Assembly (NCBI GenBank): GCA_051362555.1
Contig: CM120646.1
Span: 12,710,001-12,774,000, forward strand
From: Lingula anatina
Lineage: Eukaryota; Animalia; Brachiopoda
DNA length: 64,000 nt
Direction of reading: 5' to 3'
In this document: positions 59,734 through 64,000 of the stretch, piece after piece
Layout of the letters: each line of letters starts with the position of its first letter
Position numbering within the stretch: position 1 is the stretch's first letter
The notes under the pieces: generated by a model
Told to the model about the DNA's origin: nothing
What the model saw: the letters and a program-made list of their open reading frames with translations, nothing else
Databases searched by the model: none
Position numbers and translations under genes: made by a program

Positions 59734-61213
59734 GTGAGTCCTTTCTAGTCAGATTACGTGACCTAGTTTCGGTCTCGGGTTCATTCATACATTTTCATCA
59801 TTGTTTCGGGTCATGCACCGTTTTCATTGAGAAGAAACGAGAATTGTTCATGTTTGGTTTGAGATGACGATCGCGCCGAGGACCCTTTCTTGTCTTTTTT
59901 ATGTTTCTTGAGTGCCTGGCTCTCTTGGGGATTTTAGAAATAGACATCGAGGAAATACAGTCACCCTGCTTGGTTCATATTTTAAAAATGGATTTATCGT
60001 AGTTGCATTTGCGTTCGTTGTCTTTCTTTCTTCCTAAAGAAGAATGGTTTTTGATTAACAAACAGTGCTAGAAACAGTGTAACTGTGCTAGAATAATCTG
60101 AGCTAGAATATGATATGTGCCTAAATGTTTAGTAAAAAATCTGTAAGGAAATAGGGTGAAGGGAATTTCAACAGTTTAGTAATTTTGAAACTATTTTATT
60201 AAGTTTAGACAATGGCGAAACAGACCCAGACATAGTAATTATATATATTTAGTATTTTGTATATTTAAAAGATAAAAATGACTGTATTTTATGTCAGCAG
60301 TGTATTCACCTTCCTATGTAAAATCATAAATCACATATGTGACCTATCAGTCTCTTACCTTGGGTTATAATCAATCTTTGAAGATTGTCTTTGATAAGTC
60401 CATTTCATCTTCTTTGTGAAAAGCTTATTGTCTGTTTGTGTTACTTAACTTACTTTCTGTCTTAATAAAACTACAATTGATAATTGTGGATAAAGTTGTG
60501 TGGTTAAGGTTAAGGTTATAGTTAATATATATATTTTGTGCAATTTAATGAGTGACTGGTCTTATGTTTTTAAAACGATACATAAGACAGGCATTTTTTT
60601 CTTGAAGGCATTGTTTGTATTATCATATTGTATTATCGCAATGGTAACAATTATGTGCCCAGGGTTATGGTCAATAAGGACAGAAATTGGACATCTCTAT
60701 CTGTATCTCACACTGGCATTAGTGTCACTTATTAAAGTGTAGGCAAAATGGGATAGGTGGATCTTTGTCAATATTTACTTTTGATCTTTTATCTGGCAGT
60801 TAGCATAATGATTTGGTTATTATCGGGACATATGTTGGAAGTATGACAGTTATTCACCTTTAAACCATAGGGCATTTATGAATTCACCATTTTTCTTGGT
60901 AAAAATTAGAATCAAGCTTTTTACTCACAGGTATGGCCTATAGGAAAGACTGGCAGGTTGAAAAACAACTATGAGCATGCTTGTTACATGCTCTTCCTTA
61001 GATGGCAGTGCTTGACAGTTGCATTTGATTCTGCTGGTCAACGTCATTCTGTGTGAATATATCTATATATAAATGTCACCAGGACCTGTGAACAAAGTGA
61101 TATGTCACAGACGCATTATCAAAGACCTTCATATATGCGGGTGGCACTATTTAACTGATCTGGACTGTTTAGTCACTGAAGAGGCAATTAGTATGTGTCT
61201 ATACATCTGTGAA

Positions 61214-61216
<3 letters not shown>

Positions 61217-61294
<78 letters not shown>

Positions 61295-61416
61295 GTGTTC
61301 TCATAAACCAATCGTACTAGCTGGATCAATTTAACTCTTTGGATCTTTTCACTGAAATGCTTTCAGTGAAATCGGGTTAATTGTCTGGGATTCCCCCCTT
61401 GAATAATTTACAGGAA

Positions 61417-61480
<64 letters not shown>
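61217..61480. repeat. Two (CT)n microsatellites (61217-61290 and 61419-61480)
   Basis: Seen directly. Confidence 0.9.
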
Positions 61481-61484
<4 letters not shown>

Positions 61485-64000
61485 GTTTTAAGACAGCCAC
61501 AGCCATCCAAAAGCCACTTGAAATGAAATATAAAATCAAGCTTGAATAATGAAATTACTTTTCCGTTTACCAGGTATAAAATGTAGTCTTCTTAGGTTAA
61601 GATAGAAAATTTTAATTTCAATTGCCAGTTACATCTGGCTGTGAACCAATATAATACATGGGGGGGGGGGGGGGGGGGGGGGGGTCACAGGTGATAATGG
61701 ATTACGAAGAACCCATGTGTGGGGTGATATATGTTGTTATAGAGAGCTGTTCTGTCACAGCTAAAGTCAGTCGTGGACAGCAGCAAGTACAGGTTCCAAA
61801 TTAGAGCAACTGGTTATGTAGACTTCTGTGTAATACATGCCTGCATGAAAAGGATGAAATGGGTAGTGGCAATGTACAGGTGAGTTTGGATCTTACTTTA
61901 TATGGTAGACAGTACTGGAGTCTGTTTTTTAACCAGGAATGTGTGTATGAAAAAACATTACAGCTAGCCTAGTCTTAGGTTCAGGAAAATTTTTTCTTAG
62001 TCATGACGTTTCTTTACGTAGTTTCTTTCGCAAGGTGAAAATTTTTTATTCACAGGTTTATTTAGTGATGCACGCAAGTAAGAGTTGATAACTAATAATT
62101 TTGTAATAACACCCCCAGGCAGAAATCTGAAATCACCGTTACTCAGTTCTCCTGCAAACAACGTTTTATTTATGCTAACTAGTATTGTCGCTCAGTCAGG
62201 TTAATGATAAATCTTCAAAGACCAAGTTTCCTGTATTTTCAGGAAACCGAAATTTATATTTGGCAGTTTGAGGCCAAAAGGTATAAAAATTATTTCCTAG
62301 AAAGACTTCTTCATATCAGAAGATATCAAGTCTTTCTGGGAAAATCCCACACCAAGAGCAGACTGAAAAGCTGGGAAGTAAGGATCTTAATGAATGTGCC
62401 CCAGCCAGAGTCGATCTGCATCATTTCACACAATTATAAAGTGAGAAATTGTGCTAATCGAGAATCAGTAGCAGAAAGCAATTAGCATTAGTTGCAAGGT
62501 AGAAGATTGAAGTTAGGCTAATTGTTGGTAAGACATGTTGAGTTCAGGGACTTGTTTAACAAAAGAGCTTTAGGGTGAAAATCGGTCTTAATTTTAAGAC
62601 TAATCTTGAAGTTTGCAAATTTTACCCAATATAATTGTAATGAGAAATGGAGTCTGTTTGAAATCTAGGAAAACTTGGCTTTTTTTGCACAGAACCTTTG
62701 GTTCATTTCATAAAATGGACTGGCATGGCAAGATTTGGAAGTGGTGTTTCCAGACTGATTGAATAGTGTTAACTCTATATAACCCTTATCATTAACTGAG
62801 CATGTTTAGCTCAACACAAAAATTCAACTTTGTACAACTTAAAGCAGCAAAAGCAAGAAAAAGCCAAAACTTCACTGACATATTTGATATCTTTTTAAAT
62901 TGGAGAAAACTTCAGCCATTGCCACTAGATGTTTTAATTATTATTTGGTCATATTTTTTTGTCCTGTGGTTTTTGTGGTTGTGGCTATTTTTAAACACAA
63001 AGCCACAATCTTAGGTTGGGCTGTCTCGTCAAAGCACTGGTATATCTGTAATGAGTTAATTTTTGGGTTGGAGTGAATTTTCAATCGTAAGCTAAAATGT
63101 CTAAAGGGATCATGTTATTGCCTGGAAAATATGGTGGCTGGAGAAAAATTGCATGTTTACAAAAACGAACTTGGGAAATGGTGTGTTTGCCTGGGTTGAT
63201 AAGTGAAGAATATTAAAGACCGGATCATAATTGTAGTGGGGAATTTGATACTAATTTAAAAAAAGAGAGAATTCTCCCTAATTTTCATCCTGTTTTTCTC
63301 ATAGGTGGTAATGTCAATCGGCAGCCGTATCCTGTTGCTCCAAATTTTCAAGTATTATGTCATTTCTCACCACTGTTAGTAACTCAGACACATCCTGGAA
63401 AGTGGTAAACATTTGTGTTACTTTGAGACATTGCCTAGAAAAACTGTTCTCGTTGAAAATTACCATGCCACTTCTCAAAATTTAATTTTCTTCCCTCTCA
63501 AGACTGGTCTGAAGACAAAGCCAGCAGGCTGCTACTTTTTATCTTAATTTGCTTGTCTAGCCAGTGTACTGGATCCGACTGGTTTTACCTTGTGCTTGCT
63601 CCACTTAACGCTATGCTAGAAACATAAAGTACAAAACAAAGTGGCAGAAAGGGAGATGGGATGTTTTACTAGGGATGGAGGGGGGGGGGGGGGGGGCTGC
63701 CATCATCTACTGAGATAAATTTCCAATTCGAAAGTTTGATGAAGAATAATTGATACAAGTGACCTGTCATTAATATAAGAAGTGAGACTCAGTTAATGAT
63801 GTTTGATTAAAAACAAAGCTTAAATTACGCCGCTGAACCATAAGACCATAAGGTCAGATGAATTACAGGGGTTATCTGATCAAGGTAATTAGTTAATTGA
63901 TGAGATAATTAGTAATATGAATATACACAGATCATTTGCATTTTATCATTGATCAGATTCATTCCAACACATCATTATAGTCGGAAATGGCCTGTAGTCT

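Overview
AT-rich, intron-containing animal genomic DNA, probably a lophotrochozoan such as a mollusc (inference from gene families and repeat content). Exons were assembled by hand from GT-AG signals, intron phase and reading frame. In order: (1) a tandem cluster of three Ly6/uPAR (three-finger, quiver-like) GPI-anchored protein loci, the first with ONE N-half exon and TWO alternative C-half terminal exons; (2) an intact, young 7.9-kb BEL/Pao LTR retrotransposon (717-bp LTRs, CACGT target duplication); (3) a ~3.8-kb nested inverted-repeat (foldback-like) element; (4) a two-exon GT32/DXD glycosyltransferase; (5) a Thr-rich mucin-like GPI-type protein; (6) two tandem 11-exon paralogous ZP-module membrane proteins with an unrecognised N-terminal amphipathic helical domain split by a furin site; (7) a minus-strand furin-like Cys-repeat type I membrane protein with no protease or kinase domain; (8) the 5' end of an unidentified gene near 59 kb. 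Several MITEs, a SINE fragment and microsatellites are also present. The best candidates for an undescribed system are the helical-domain/furin/ZP gene pair and the Ly6 locus with swappable domain halves.
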